From Chiloscyllium plagiosum (Eukaryota), in assembly GCF_004010195.1 (NCBI RefSeq), contig NW_025214201.1, positions 1 through 33,655 of the forward strand: a DNA stretch of 33,655 nucleotides, given 5' to 3'. A program made the translations under genes and the position numbers. The notes below the pieces were generated by a model. That model had not been told where the DNA came from, ran no database searches, and saw nothing but the letters and a program-made list of their open reading frames with translations. This document shows, one piece after another, positions 1 to 12,540 of the stretch (its first letter is position 1; each line of letters opens with the position of its first letter).

Positions 1-479
1 AATTCATTGTGCAGCGGATACAGTTTAAAAACTGAAGTTGCTTGCCAGGAAAAGAATGCATAGTATGCTTACTGTGCCAACGTACAAGTGTGTTTATGGG
101 GAATCCTAACATGTTTTACAAGTGTTGAAGTTTGCTCCTAAAGGTTTGTGTTAAGACAACAGCTATTTTTGTAATTTTTTTTAACAGAACAATAAGACAC
201 CAGTAATTTCCAGTTCAAACATATGTGATGTAACAGTCATAAAAATATGTTATCAAAGTACTGAATAGTGTCAGTAACTGATGTGGCAGGCTCTTACATG
301 ATTATTTTCATTTACTGAACAAATAATATCTAAAAGTAAATCAAGATTTTTGGTCCAATATTTCCTGGTCAAGGTGTTGGGTAAAACATTTTGCTGTCAT
401 GCTTTTTTAAAAAACCAGTCATCTACACTATAACTTTCAATACCTCACGGCATCCTAAAATGCTATACAAGCAATAGCG

Positions 480-635
480 ATATTGAAGTATAGTCATTGT
501 TGTAGGGAAATGGGACAGCTAATGTGAACAGCAAGGTGTCAAACAGTATTGAAAAATTGACCGGATTTATCTGTTTTGTTTTGTGATTTTTTTTTTTGCT
601 TGGATGATGAATTTGACCCAAAACACTGGGGAGAA
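480..635 (-). mobile_element. Decayed 3' part of an old SINE (same family as 23990-24356)
   Basis: Resembles the 'cagcaag...aaacagcaatgtgata...atctgtttt' segment of the copies at ~24.0 kb, ~7.0 kb and ~27.4 kb. Confidence 0.4.
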
Positions 636-1037
636 ATCTTAAACCCTTCAGGGACTCCACTGCTGAGTTATGCCTGACATGATAAATGCGGTAAGCAGTT
701 CCACACAAATATACTTAATTTGGTGTCTGTACAGAATGATCACTGTAGAAAATGTGAGTGACTGCCACACAAGGATCACATTGCATCATGTTTTCTTGAC
801 ATGATGTGGAGCATAATTCTAATATGTTGTAAACATAAAGTGAATACTAGTTGAAAATGTTTCCTCAAATTTTGCTTCCAAGAATCTTTAAGTTCACAGA
901 TATGGAAAAAGGGGATACTGAAACTTGTAAGATCTGCCTGCATTTTGACAATAAAAAATACTGCCAGCTGCACTACCAAAATCCTAGCTATTTAACTGGT
1001 TGGGCAAGAGTGTTGGAAAATTCCTTGGTGTTCCAAT

Positions 1038-1887
1038 TGTGATATAAGGTGTGTTAAGTATATGTTTTTAATTTAGATTTTGAGCTAGTGCCATGTGGCT
1101 TTTGGTCCGTGTGTATACAGCAGATTAATAATTAACTTGTTAGGCTTTCTAGATCAATGATTTTTTTTCCCCAGAAAAAATATGAAAGTGTGTTTCTGGA
1201 GTTCTCATTGAAATTTCAATTGAGAGAGTTTTTACAAGTGGACAGAATAAGTATTGAAGAGCATTAGCCTACTTCTAGTGATAAGAAGCCTGATTTCTTT
1301 TGGCTTAAAGGAATCTTTGGCTTGGATGGAAAAGTCTTTTGGTTTCAGTTCACAGAAGACCTGGTGAACATTAGATGTGTAAAACTCTTTTACCCAAAGA
1401 AAGGAGCTATTTCTTACCAGTTCTAATTAGGTTACTTCATTATGAATAGTTTAGTTTTAAACTTAACAAAAGTATTTGGTTAGAACCCTGAAGGGGTTAT
1501 TTGAAGCTGAAAAAGTCTTAAGTTCAAGGCTCAGAAGAGTCTGTCAAACTCTCTTGGATGGAAGTGGAAAGCACAGTTAAGTCAAACTCTATGGATGTGG
1601 TGGAGAAGGGAATTCTATTTGGTGTTTGAAAACTGTAAAAGAGTGCAGATAGATGTAATATTGTATAATTCAAAGTTTTTAAAATTGTTACATATAATTA
1701 GCGTGTTTTCTTCTATTTTATCTTATTTTGCATAACAAATTCTATTTTATTGTTATAATCAAATCTGCAGCAGTACATGTGTATGTTTTGGTGGAAGACC
1801 ACCTCATTAAATAAAAAAAATCTATCAAGCCAGATTTCAGTGTGGGTTCTGACTTGTCCGGTAATAACATCAGCTGGGATCGTAACT
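1038..1887 (+). mobile_element. Probable solo LTR
   Basis: Starts TGTGAT, ends ...gggatcgtaac(t) (degenerate TG...CA inverted termini); AATAAA near 1810; no clean TSD. Confidence 0.45.
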
Positions 1888-2722
1888 CGGTCAGCCAGCA
1901 GAAACAAGATGTTGTCCAGTTGGAACTGAGCATATTCCTCTCGAACAGTTGAAATTTGGATCTTAACTTCTAGGGAATTAAAGGTGTAAACCACAGTACA
2001 CCGCCTATTCAGATGCTTCATTTTTTTTAATTTAAGAAATACAATAACTTGGGATACTGGACAGATGTTTCCAGTTGTACTGTTAGGGATGTATTTTTCA
2101 GAACATCAATGCACCATTTATGTATTATCTTACCTACCTGTCTATCACCATATCTTTTAGTTTATCATCTCTTTAGAATAGCCTCTTTAATGCTTCAATA
2201 ACCTATTAACCTTCTTTGTTTATCTTCACTTTGACTGCTAGCTTGCTAAACTTGTGCTAGTTGCTATTTGAATACTTGTTTGGAACTTGGGTTGACTTTT
2301 TCTCAGTTCACCTCCATGATCTTGAATATTTAATTGGATCATTTCCACATTCCTTCCCCAGAAAACAAAATCTCTATTTTGGGATGAATAGTGAGAGATT
2401 GCTAGGGAGTCAGAAATGAATGGTAATTTACTTAAAACAATGACCTGCGAGGTTAGTATTGACCTGAGGGTTGTTAGAAAAAAGATGCTTTCAAATTGGG
2501 ACTGGTTGGAGCAGGGGAAATTAGTTAAATAGTTCAGCAGAAGATAAATTGCAGTCAGGGAGAGCAGAACATTGGATTTATTTTAGACTGCTCTTTAACA
2601 AAGTGCTAGTACAGATATGGGTAACATGACTTTTGCTGGTTATAAGCTTCCATGGTTGCTGTGTTTGTATTAACATTTTAGTTTCTGCTCATGCTGATTT
2701 GATTTTACTTTGACTTTGACAG

Positions 2723-2886
2723 CCTTTATTAGGGGAAATGAAGCTCGCAATTTCCTGGGACGACGTCTCCTATACAATCGATGGGATTTTGAAATTTTTA
2801 CTCAAGGAAATCTTGAACGAGAATGTATTGAAGAAATATGTAGTTTTGAAGAGGCACGTGAAGTTTTTGAAGATGATAGGAAGACA
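2723..2886 (+). CDS. PRRG2: PRRG-family exon: propeptide + Gla domain (FIRGNEARNFLGRRLL/YNRWDFEIFTQGNLERECIEEICSFEEAREVFEDDRKT)
   Basis: Gla signature LEREC-x-EE-x-C-x-FEEARE-x-FE; carboxylase recognition residues F-16/A-10/L-6; acceptor ttgacAG at 2721-2722; donor GT at 2887. Family call is firm; PRRG2 vs PRRG4 is tentative. Confidence 0.93.
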
Positions 2887-3094
2887 GTTAAGTAATTCAA
2901 CCTTATACAACAGTAATCTAAATTATTTACATAATATAAAGCATATCATAAATATTATTTAGTTGGTTAGGTATTGTAAATGAATACTTCTACAAATTGG
3001 TGGATTATATCTCCCTTCTTATATCCTGAAAAGAATGTGTGCCAGTATTTTTCATTAAGTTGCTGACTGTTTTCCAATACTATGCTTAAATGCT

Positions 3095-3340
3095 CTTAAG
3101 AGTATTACTGAAGAAAAAACATTTCTTGACTTGCATTTATTATGACACTTTACAAGAATGAAAGTGTAAAGGGGAACAACATTTTCTATGATACGAGAAG
3201 CGTGTGCTGATTGCTCTACAAATGGCCTGTGATTGGTATAACAGGTGTTGCCATAGAGAATGCCCCAATTAAATGATGAATGACTGACAGTTAACTGGCA
3301 AGTTTTGTCTGAATTTATATCAGTCAGGGCATTTCCTTGA
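3095..3340 (+). repeat. Unclassified interspersed repeat, copy 1
   Basis: Reverse-complement similarity to 5190-5420, e.g. gacagttaactggca / tgccagttaactgtc. Confidence 0.6.
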
Positions 3341-4406
3341 GGAACGAATCAAAATTAGGCTGATGCCTACTTTAAGTTGAAAAAGGAGCAATGTGGATCT
3401 GTCTGTCAAGAACAGCGTCCTTGTGTATATGTACCCTGCAAGCCTGACTGACACCTTGAATTGCTTCTCAGCATAATTCTTACCACACTCAAGATTATTT
3501 AGCAAATGTTGTCCAGTCATGGAATCACATCTATTATTTGACACTATCTTGAATTTTGCAAGCGCAGGGTGGTTGGGTATGGTCAGTACCTTGCCTGTTT
3601 CAAGCAGCTAAAGCAATCTGCTGTTAGATATGTTCCAAAATCTAGTGGTCAGTACAGCTTATATTCCTAGCATTGCACCAACATTGACATTCACACAATA
3701 CCTATTTATGTAACTGAGCATCTTTTTGGCATGAAGGTAGCATCTTATTAGTGGTGGATATGTGTTAATGCTGCATAGTAGCAGCATGAAACAATTGGCT
3801 TCACCTGTTGTTCAAATCTTTTAGCTAGCTTATCCTTCCAGGGTAATCTGTAAGAAACTTTGATTTGGGTAACCTTTATTTTACAGGATATTTTAAATAC
3901 ATCTTATTTCAGCAGCAAGCTTGCGTGGTGTGCAATTAGGCTTGGGACCTATTTATGAGATTGTTGATAACCTTAATCATCTAGCCCATTTTTATACCCA
4001 AAAGGTAGTATTGCAATAGATCCATTCTATGCTCAGCTCTTGCAAGCATGCAGAAACTGTGGGATTCCCAATACGTATATGGACCAGTATTGGTCAGCTT
4101 GAAGTAGACCGGAATTGTGAACCTTGGCAAGTTTCCCAATGAGATTGTCAAAGAAAGGGAGATAATTTGACTGTTCTGCTCGAGAAGTAAAAAGAATACG
4201 GAATGGAGCACATTAAGTTGTCTAAGTAAATACTTATAACTACAGCATCAAATTAAGTAAATGTCGCAAATATGCAAGGCTAGTTGGTTGTGTTATTCCA
4301 TGAAAGACCTGTTTCTCATGGAATGCATTAGACCAGGGGCTGCTAGTTTAGTTTTGACTTCCAGTTCAGACGGTTCAGAAATTCAGTTTAGGCGAATGGT
4401 TTCCTT

Positions 4407-5056
4407 TGCTATGGACCAAACCAAACCCCCTCAAAACATATTAAGAAGATAGCCTAGACCCTAACTTTTTAATTTATTTGTAGGCAAGTGTAGGCACTGT
4501 GTGTTCCACATGTGATTCAATTGGTCTACTAGGTTTTAAGTAAAACACACTTTATTTCTACACCATAGTTAAAGACAAAAACAAAATTGGCATAACTTTA
4601 ACGCTATTGAAATACTTAATAAAAATAATGTTATTTAACTGCTGATCATTTACTGTTCCAATATAGCAGCACATAAAACACGTCCTTGGCAAATTTAGCA
4701 AAACAGAATTTCCTCGTGCTATCTCCTCCAGTCCAGAAGAAAGGAACACTGTTTTTAAAAAAAACCTAGCAGCAGAGAGAGAATTAAAGTTTTAGCTACA
4801 AAAGAGAGCGAGCTATATCCAGCCGCTTCGACAGCCAATTCCAACCCCAATTGAAAGCAAAATCAAAATCCTAGGTGTGTGAGATCCTGATTCCACCCAC
4901 TCATGCTTCTTTTGTTAATTTGACAAACACTTGGATTGCATAACTGTTTACCCACTACTTCTGCAATGGACATTCTGGCACTGCTGTGGCAACATGGAGA
5001 AAGATTAAGAGAAACATTATTGAACAAATCTGTCTTAAATGCACAATACCATCACA
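4407..5056 (-). mobile_element. Solo LTR
   Basis: TG at 4407 and CA at 5056; flanks tcctt / acctt (4 of 5 TSD match); minus-strand AATAAA (tttatt) at 4551-4556. Confidence 0.6.
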
Positions 5057-5189
5057 ACCTTCCAGCAAAATAATCAGTTTTTCAGTTCAGGAAAAGTTAT
5101 CCGAGCAAAAGATTTTTTGTTTATCAAATCTCCACGCTGTAAGAGTTTGTACAGACATTTTAAATTGTTAGAACTGATGGGAAATGTGT

Positions 5190-5420
5190 TGACCAGCTGG
5201 AATTAATCTGCCTGATTTTAAATAAAACCTGCCAGTTAACTGTCAATCATCATCTAACTGATTTTCCATGTTAGTTTCTCTGCCTATTCGATCCACTGAC
5301 CAACCAGTCAGCATTGACCTCTCATAAAATATAAAATGTTTGCATTGGTATTCTTGTGAATATCCGAACGAATGCAAGCTGAACAGCTTCATAAAATGTC
5401 TTTTTTTAATCATTACTCAA
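5190..5420 (-). repeat. Unclassified interspersed repeat, copy 2 (inverted)
   Basis: Inverted similarity to 3095-3340. Confidence 0.6.
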
Positions 5421-5721
5421 GTTCTTTAGTACCAAACAGATGTTCTTAAGAGTCTGGAAAGTGGTGTCAACATACTTCTTTTTAACAATGGGAATATCAG
5501 TCTGAATTCAAACAAGCCCTTGTCCTTCATGTACATATTACTTTCTGCCCAGATGGGAATTTGCATCATTTGAAAGTTTTGCATTTATCTTGTTGAAATC
5601 AGTAGTTTATAGAGTTGAATAAGATTGTACGTTTACTGAGCAAGATGAAAGTTTTAATTGCATATCTTGTTACAAGAAGAAAGCTAGCTAGCACTTTCTA
5701 AAATCATGATTTTTCTTTTAG

Positions 5722-5770
5722 AGTATCTTTTGGAAACATTACACAACAAAGGGCCCTTACGCCAAACCAG
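5722..5770 (+). CDS. PRRG2: PRRG-family exon: aromatic stack (SIFWKHYTTKGPYAKP)
   Basis: Acceptor ttttcttttAG; donor CAG|GTATGA; completes T-x-x-F-W-x-x-Y after the Gla domain; phase 0 in, phase 1 out. Confidence 0.92.
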
Positions 5771-6033
5771 GTATGATTTATTTTTTCTTTTTATTACAAG
5801 TGTGATTTGCTACGGTCCAAGGCAGGTACAGAAATCATAAGCCCAGGAGCTTCTCTTAGTTAGAATATTGAACCTGAGCATCCTGTTCCATGCATAAGCA
5901 TACTGGTCTCTATAGAGTTCGAGACCCTGTTTTTTTTTTTGGATCTTGATGTGCCCCATGATATGGAGTACCTTAAGTCTGTTCTGCTTAAAATTATAAT
6001 AAAATGGACAAAGTTATGTAATTACATCTCTCC

Positions 6034-6100
6034 TGCGCACGCGTACACACACACACACACACCCCTCTCCCCCCTCTCTTCCCCCCCCCCCACCCCCCCT
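6034..6100. repeat. Alternating purine/pyrimidine (CA)n microsatellite followed by a C-rich tract
   Basis: tgcgcacgcgtacacaca...ac, then multiple C runs. Confidence 0.9.
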
Positions 6101-6621
6101 CACATCATGCTTCCCCTTGAGTGCAACTACAGTCTGTGGTAGTGCATTTCACATTCCAACTCTTTTGCTGGTTAAAGACATTTCTCTTGAATTCCTTTAT
6201 TGTATTTATTTGTGGCTCCTTTGAATTATATATAGATGGTAGTTTTGGTTCTCCACACAAATTACCCAAATGGACAGTTGTAAAAAAGTGCATTGACAAT
6301 AATACCTTTGCTGGAATTTTGAGGCATTGTTTGAGGATTACTTGCATGCAAACCACAAATGTTAACAAAGGTACTTGCGATATGATTTTCAAACACTTCT
6401 TTGTATTAACAAAGAATCAATGCTTTTCTATTCATGTGCAATAGTTTCTATTTTTGCAGTGAAACTACTGTATCTCTACTACATTATCGCTTCAGTAAAT
6501 TTTGAAATACTTTCAACTATTTCAGCATCTTCCATTGATGAATCCACTTTGTCCTCCTAGGTCAGAAACATTCAAATTTGAAATTTTGTCATTTCTTGTA
6601 ATTTAGAGCATTTGTAGTTTT

Positions 6622-6963
6622 GGCGCAGTGGTTGCCAATGGTTACCACTGCTGCCTCACAGCGCCAGGGCCCAGCTTCAATTCCAGCCTTGGGTGATTGT
6701 CACTGTGGAGTTTGCATGTTTTTCCTGTATCTGTATGGGACACACTGGTTTCCTACCACAGTCCAAAGATGTGCAGGTTGGGTGGATTCACCGTGCTAAA
6801 TTGCTCATAGTATCCAAGGATGTGAAGGCTAGGTGGATTAGCCATGGGAAATGCAGAGTTACAAGGATGGGTTATGGAGGTGGGACTGTGTGGGATGTTT
6901 CTCAGAGGATTGGTGTGGACTCGATAGGCAAAAAGGCTGACTTCTACACTGTAGGGATTCTAT
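6622..6963 (+). mobile_element. HE1/V-SINE-like tRNA-derived SINE
   Basis: tRNA-like head, central gtggagtttgcatgtt...cagtccaaagatgtgcagg domain, tail acactgtagggattctat. Confidence 0.85.
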
Positions 6964-7809
6964 AATAGTTACCCATTTGCACACAATAAGCTTCCAAAAA
7001 TAGCAATGAGATGCAAATTTGTTTGCTTATTTTTGAGGTTAGTAAAAAGACAGGACTGAAGTTTTTCTTAATCTAAATATACTGGGGAGAGACGTCAGAG
7101 GTATCCAGTTTTGTGTTCAGCAGTGCAAGTTATATATGTTCAGACCTCTTTGTGGGAAAGGCCAGAGACAACTCTGGCTTTCATGTAAAGCCTAGTTGGC
7201 ATCTTAATCATGGCTCAGATCAGAGCCCAATAAAGTGCAGGTTATTTATTCATACCACATTACAGTGATTACATGCAATATTTATATCACTGGTTGCCAT
7301 ATCCCTTTCTGATATACACATCCAATCCTGTGAATACACGATCAATAATGGACAACTTCATGGTCAATCTTAGGTCTTGTGATCCTATTCTTGTAGTTAT
7401 TAAAGGAGATTTAAGAAGATGTTAATTCCTACTAATTGCTATAAAATTCATAATGTCAGTTCTAATATCAGGTTAGTTTATATATAAAGTTATATGGTTA
7501 CACCTAATGTTAGAATTTTTTAGTTAACGAGTTGCGAGCAGCTTCTTTCTCACCTGACCTTGGAATGTTAAACAAACACTGTTCCTCTATCTTGTAGCCG
7601 CAATTCTAGTTCCTTCTATTCACATGCTGCCTGAAGGTGTTTTAAACTGGAGATGGCTTCTAAAATGAAATTTACTGTCCCTACTCAAAATATTTTTACA
7701 CTATTTTACTTAAGACAATATCTATTCAAATTCCATTTATAAGACTGAAATTCAATCACCTTCCCAACTTAAGAATCTTGTCTGAATTACTGTAGTTTTA
7801 TGAGATATC

Positions 7810-7897
7810 TTCATGGTAACTTCAGCCAGTGTGTGAATTGAGTCCACGCTGTTGGCATCACTCTGCATTACAAACCAGTTGTCCAGCTAACTGAGCA
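7810..7897 (-). mobile_element. tRNA-like SINE head fragment
   Basis: Minus strand reads gctcagttagctgg...gactcaattc; related to the + copy at 25877. Confidence 0.45.
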
Positions 7898-8842
7898 TGT
7901 GATAAAGGGATGGTGATAATCATGGTTGATGTTCACCTTGGCAAAGGTACTCTGAATAATGAGTTTATGGAATTTTTTTGGGATAATTACTTATAGCAGT
8001 TCATTTTAGAGCCAACCAGAGAGCAGGTTATACTAGATCTGATAATGTGCATTGAGACTTAATTAATTCAATCATGCATTCATTCATTCAAAGTGAAGAT
8101 GCATCTAGGAAGAAATGGTCATTATACAATTAAATATTAAATTCGGTCTGAGGGAGAATGGCTCTAAAGCTAGCATTTTCAATTTAAATAGAAGTATTGT
8201 GAAGGTGTGAAGACAAGACTTTGGTAAAGGAAACTGGCAAATTAAGTTTCGGGAAAGGTCAGTAGAGATGCAGTGGCAGACTTGAGATATTTCACACTAT
8301 TCGGAAAAGATAAATTCCAGTGAGAGAAAAGTAACTCCAAAGGAAGAATCCATCATCTTTGGTTAACTAATTACATTGCAGATAATTTCAGATTTAAAAA
8401 TAAGAATCCTGCAAAGATGAGTCACAAGTTAAGAGATCAGACAGAGTATAAAGAATGAGGAAGAGATTAATCATGAGGGAGAGGTGCCTCGAGCATGAAA
8501 AATGTAAAAACAAATGTTAAGAGTTTTTACAGATATTTAAAAAGAAAACAGTCAGTAGTCAATGTTGGTCCTCCAGATAGTGAAGCTGGAGCGTTAATAG
8601 TGAAAAAGAGGAAATAGCAGATGTATTGAACAGAGATTTTACATCTGCCGTCAATGCAGTGGAAACAAAACATCCCAGAAATGGTCATAAATCAAAATTT
8701 GGAAGAGAAGAAGAAACTTAAAACAATTAATATCATCAGGGAAAGGACAGTAAAAATTACTAGGACCAGCAGTTCAGAAGTCACCAGATCCTGATGGGCC
8801 TCTTTGAGGTCTTAAAAGAAGAGGCTACTGTAAACATAGGTA

Positions 8843-9048
8843 CAGGTCATTATGTGATAATGTTGCATTCCTCTCCAACTCCTCACTATAGAAAACAGCT
8901 GTAGAAAATCATGTTGTACATGATCATGATAGAAAATTGCTATACCCGTTCAGTAGGAAGCCCAAGTTATCCAAATAACGTCCACAATCCATCAATCGCG
9001 TTACAGCCAATTTGTGTTAATGAGACGTGGGTTATTACCAGAATGGTT
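8843..9048 (+). mobile_element. Tigger/pogo-like MITE, decayed copy
   Basis: TA|caggtcatt start; internal similarity to 9280-9479 (gctatacccgttcagtag). Confidence 0.65.
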
Positions 9049-9279
9049 TAAATTTTCTAAAATTCCCTAGGTTCTGGAAAGGTCCCATCAAGTTAAAGAA
9101 TAGTGAATGTGACTCCTCTATTAAAGAAGGAAGGGGAAACAGGAGGAAGGAACAGAAAGCAGGAAATTACAGGCCAGCGAACAACTTCTGGAGAACATGT
9201 TGGAAGCTTTGATTTAAGGAAGTTATAGAGAACACTTGGCAAATCTCAATACAATCTTAATACATATGGATGTGCTATA

Positions 9280-9479
9280 CAGGTCGTTCTGCTGTAATGC
9301 GACAACTGCGTTCCTCACCAACCTCTCTATACAAAATTGTGCTGTAGAAGATCACTCATTGAAAATCGCTATACCCGTTCAGTAGTAAGTTTGTGTTGTG
9401 CAAACAACATCCACAATTTGTCAGTCGCGTTGGAGCTCATTCATGCTGATGAAACACATGTTTATAGCAGAATGACCTG
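9280..9479 (+). mobile_element. Tigger/pogo-like MITE
   Basis: TIRs caggtcgttctgctgtaa / ttatagcagaatgacctg, preceded by TA. Confidence 0.8.
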
Positions 9480-9837
9480 AACTTAGATTTCCAAAGCCAT
9501 TGAAAAGGTGCTACGTCAATGGCTACAGTGGAAAATAAGAACTTATAGTGTAGGGAGACAATAACAATGTGGATAGAGGATTAGTTAGCCAGCAGGAAAC
9601 AAGAATCAGTCATTCTCAAGTTGTTAAGATGTGACAAATGGAGTGCAACAGATCAATGCTGGGACCTCAGCTACTTAAAATTAATATGAATGATTTGGAT
9701 GACAGCAATTACATGTTCAATTTTAAGTTTGTTGATCATACAATGATAGGAAAATGAGTTGTAAAGAAAACATAAGGAATCTGCAAGGGATTCAAATAGG
9801 CTGTGAGCGGACAAAAATCTGGTGTACTGAAAATACG

Positions 9838-10037
9838 AGGAGAAAGTAAGGACTGTAGGTGCTGGAGATCAGAGCTGAAAATGTGTTGCTGGAAAAGCGC
9901 AGCAGGTCAGGCAGCATCCAAGGAACAGGAGAATCGACGTTTCGGGCATAAGCCCTCTTATGCCCGAAACATCAATTCTCCTGTTCCTTGGATGCTGCCT
10001 GACCTGCTGCGCTTTTCCAGCAACACATTTTCAGCTC
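9838..10037. mobile_element. Fold-back insertion derived from a Penelope-like element end
   Basis: 83-bp inverted arms 9870-9952 / 9957-10039; 15-bp direct repeat tgtactgaaaatacg on both sides; arm matches the end of the GIY-YIG-bearing copy at 31.1 kb. Confidence 0.85.
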
Positions 10038-10129
10038 TGTACTGAAAATACGTCAAATTGTCCACTCTGAGTAAATAGAATAGCCTTGATTGTCACATAT
10101 ACTCAATGAGGATAGTGAAAAGTTTTATA

Positions 10130-12540
10130 TAGAGTCATAGAGATGTACAGCATGGAAACAGACCCTTCGGTCCAACCTGTCCATGCCGACCAGATATCCC
10201 AACCCAATCTAGTCCCACCTGCCAGCACCCGGCCCATATCCCTTCAAACCCTTCCTATTCATATACCCATCCAAATGCCTCTTAAATGTTCCAATTGTAC
10301 CAGCCTCCACCACATCCTCTGGCAACTCATTCCATACACGTACCACCATCTGCGTGAAAAAGTTACTCCTGAGGTCTCTTTTCTATCTTTCCCCTCTCAC
10401 GCTAAACCTATGCCCTCTAGTTCTGGACTCCCCGACCACACGGAAAAGACTTTGTCTATTTATCCTATCCATGCCTCTCATAATTTTGTAAACCTCTATA
10501 AGGTCACCCCTCAGCCTCCGACGCTCCAGGGAAAATAGCCCCAGCCTGTTCAGCCTCCTCCCTATAGCTCAAATCCTCCAACTCTGGCAACATCCTTGTA
10601 AATCTTTTCTGAACCCTTTCAAGTTTCACAACATCTTTCCGAGAGGAAGGAGACCAGAATTGCATGCAATATGCCAACAGTGGCCACAACATGACCTCTC
10701 AACTCCTGTACTCAATACTCTGACCAATAAAGGAAAGCATACCAAATGCCTTCTTCATTATCCTATCTACCTGTGACTCCACTTTCAAGGAGCTATGAAC
10801 CTGCACTCCAAGGTGTCTTTGTTCAGCAACACACCCTAGGACCTTACCATTAAGTGTATAAATCCTGCTAAGATTTGCTTTCCCAAAATGCAGCACCTCG
10901 CATTTATCTGAATTTAACTCCACCTGCCACATCTCAGCCCATTGGCCCATCTGGTCCAGATCTTGTTGTAATCTGAGGTAACCCTCTTCGCTGTCCACTA
11001 TACCTCCAATTTTGGTGTCATCTGCAAACTTACTAACTGTACCTCTTATGCTCGCATCCAAATCAGTTATGTAAATGACAACAAGTAGGGGACCCAGTAC
11101 CGATCCTTGTGGCACTTCACTGGTCACAGGTCTCTAGTCTGAAAAACTAGACTACCACCACCACCCTCTGTCTTCTACCTTTGAGCCAGTTCTGTATCCA
11201 AATGGCTAGTCCTCCCTGTATTCCATGAGATCTAACCTTGCTCATCAGTCCCCCATGGGGAACCTTGTCGAACGCCTTACTGAAGTCCATATAGATCACA
11301 TCTACCGCTCTGCCCTCATCAATCCTCTTTGTTACTTCCTCAGAAAACTCAAGTTTGTGAGACATGATTTCCCATGCATAAAGCTATGCTGACTATCCCT
11401 AATCAGTCCTTGCCTTTCGAAATACATGTATATCCTTTCCCTCAGGATTCCCTCCAACAACTTGCCCATCAATGACGTCAGGCTCACTGGTTTATAGTTC
11501 CCTGGTTTGTCCTTTATGCCCTTCTTGAACAGAGGCACCACGTTAGCCAACCTCCAGTCATCCGGCACCTCACCCGTGACTATCGATGATACAAATATCT
11601 CAGCAAGAGGTCCAGCCATCACTTCTCTAGCTTCCCAAAGAGTTCTCGGGTACACCTGATCAGGTCCTGGGGATTTATCCACCTTTACCGGTTTCAAGAC
11701 ATCCAGAACTTCCTCCTCTGTAACAGGGGCAGTTTGCAAGATTTCACCGTCTATTTCCCTACAGTCTATATCTTCCATATCCTTTTCCACAGTAAATACT
11801 GATGCAAAATACTCATTTAGTATCTCCCCCATTTTCTGCGTCTCCACACAAAGGCCGCCTTGCTGATCCATGAGGGGCCCCATTCTCTCCCTAGTTACAC
11901 TTTTGTCCTTAATGTATTTATAAAAACTGTTTGGATTCTCCTTAATTCTATTTGCCAAAGCTATCTCATGTCCCCGTTTTGCCCTCCTGATTTCCCTTTT
12001 AAGTATACTCCTACTTCCTTTACACTCTTCTAAGGATTCACTCGATCTATCCTGTCTATATCTGATATGCTTCCTTCTTTTTCTTAACCAACCTCTCAAT
12101 TTCTTTAGTCATCCAGCATTCCCTACACCTACCAGCCTTTCCTTTCACCCTAACAGGAATATACTTTCTCTGGGTTCTTGTTATCTCATTTCTGAAGGCT
12201 TCCATTTTCCAGCCGTCCCTTTACCTGCGAACATCTGCCCCCAATCAGCTTTTGAATGTTCTTGCCTAATACTCAAAATTGGCCTTTCTCCAATTTAGAA
12301 CTTCAACTTTTAGATCTGGTCTAACCTTTTCCATCATTATTTTAAATCTAATAGAATTATGGTCACAGACCCCAAAGTGCTCCCCCACTGACACTTCAGT
12401 CACCTGCCCTGCCTTATTTCCCAAGAGTAGGTCAGGTTTTGCACCTTCTCTAGTGGGTCCATCCACATACTGAATCAGAAAATTGTCTTGTACACACTTA
12501 ACAAATTCCTCTAAACCCTTAACACTATGGTAGTCCCAGT
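10130..12540 (-). mobile_element. Relatively young 5'-truncated CR1 (HER1-like) LINE with frameshifted ORF2
   Basis: ORF pieces with KSPGPD, NYKPVSLTS, DFSKAFDKV, VPQGSVLGP, KFADD; 3' tail at ~10130. Confidence 0.95.

Noticed and set aside
652..696. Possible upstream exon ending G|GTAAGC
   Set aside because: The ATG frame (MPDMINA) ends in phase 0, the required phase-1 frame has TGA at 675, and there is no signal-peptide character
2710..2895. 61-aa ORF as a standalone Gla peptide gene
   Set aside because: TTG start; bounded by splice sites and continues in frame into later exons
9870..10039. Bona fide pre-miRNA or classical MITE
   Set aside because: Stem too long and perfect for a typical pre-miRNA; asymmetric end and identity to the Penelope-like 3' end argue against a TIR element
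9803..10045. Recurrent Cys-rich ORFs (CCWKSAAGQAAS) as a small gene family
   Set aside because: Translations of the non-coding repeat unit, mirrored by the palindrome
10699..12099. RT ORFs as a retron-like or novel RT system
   Set aside because: Frameshifted pieces of an ordinary CR1 ORF2 with a typical 3' tail
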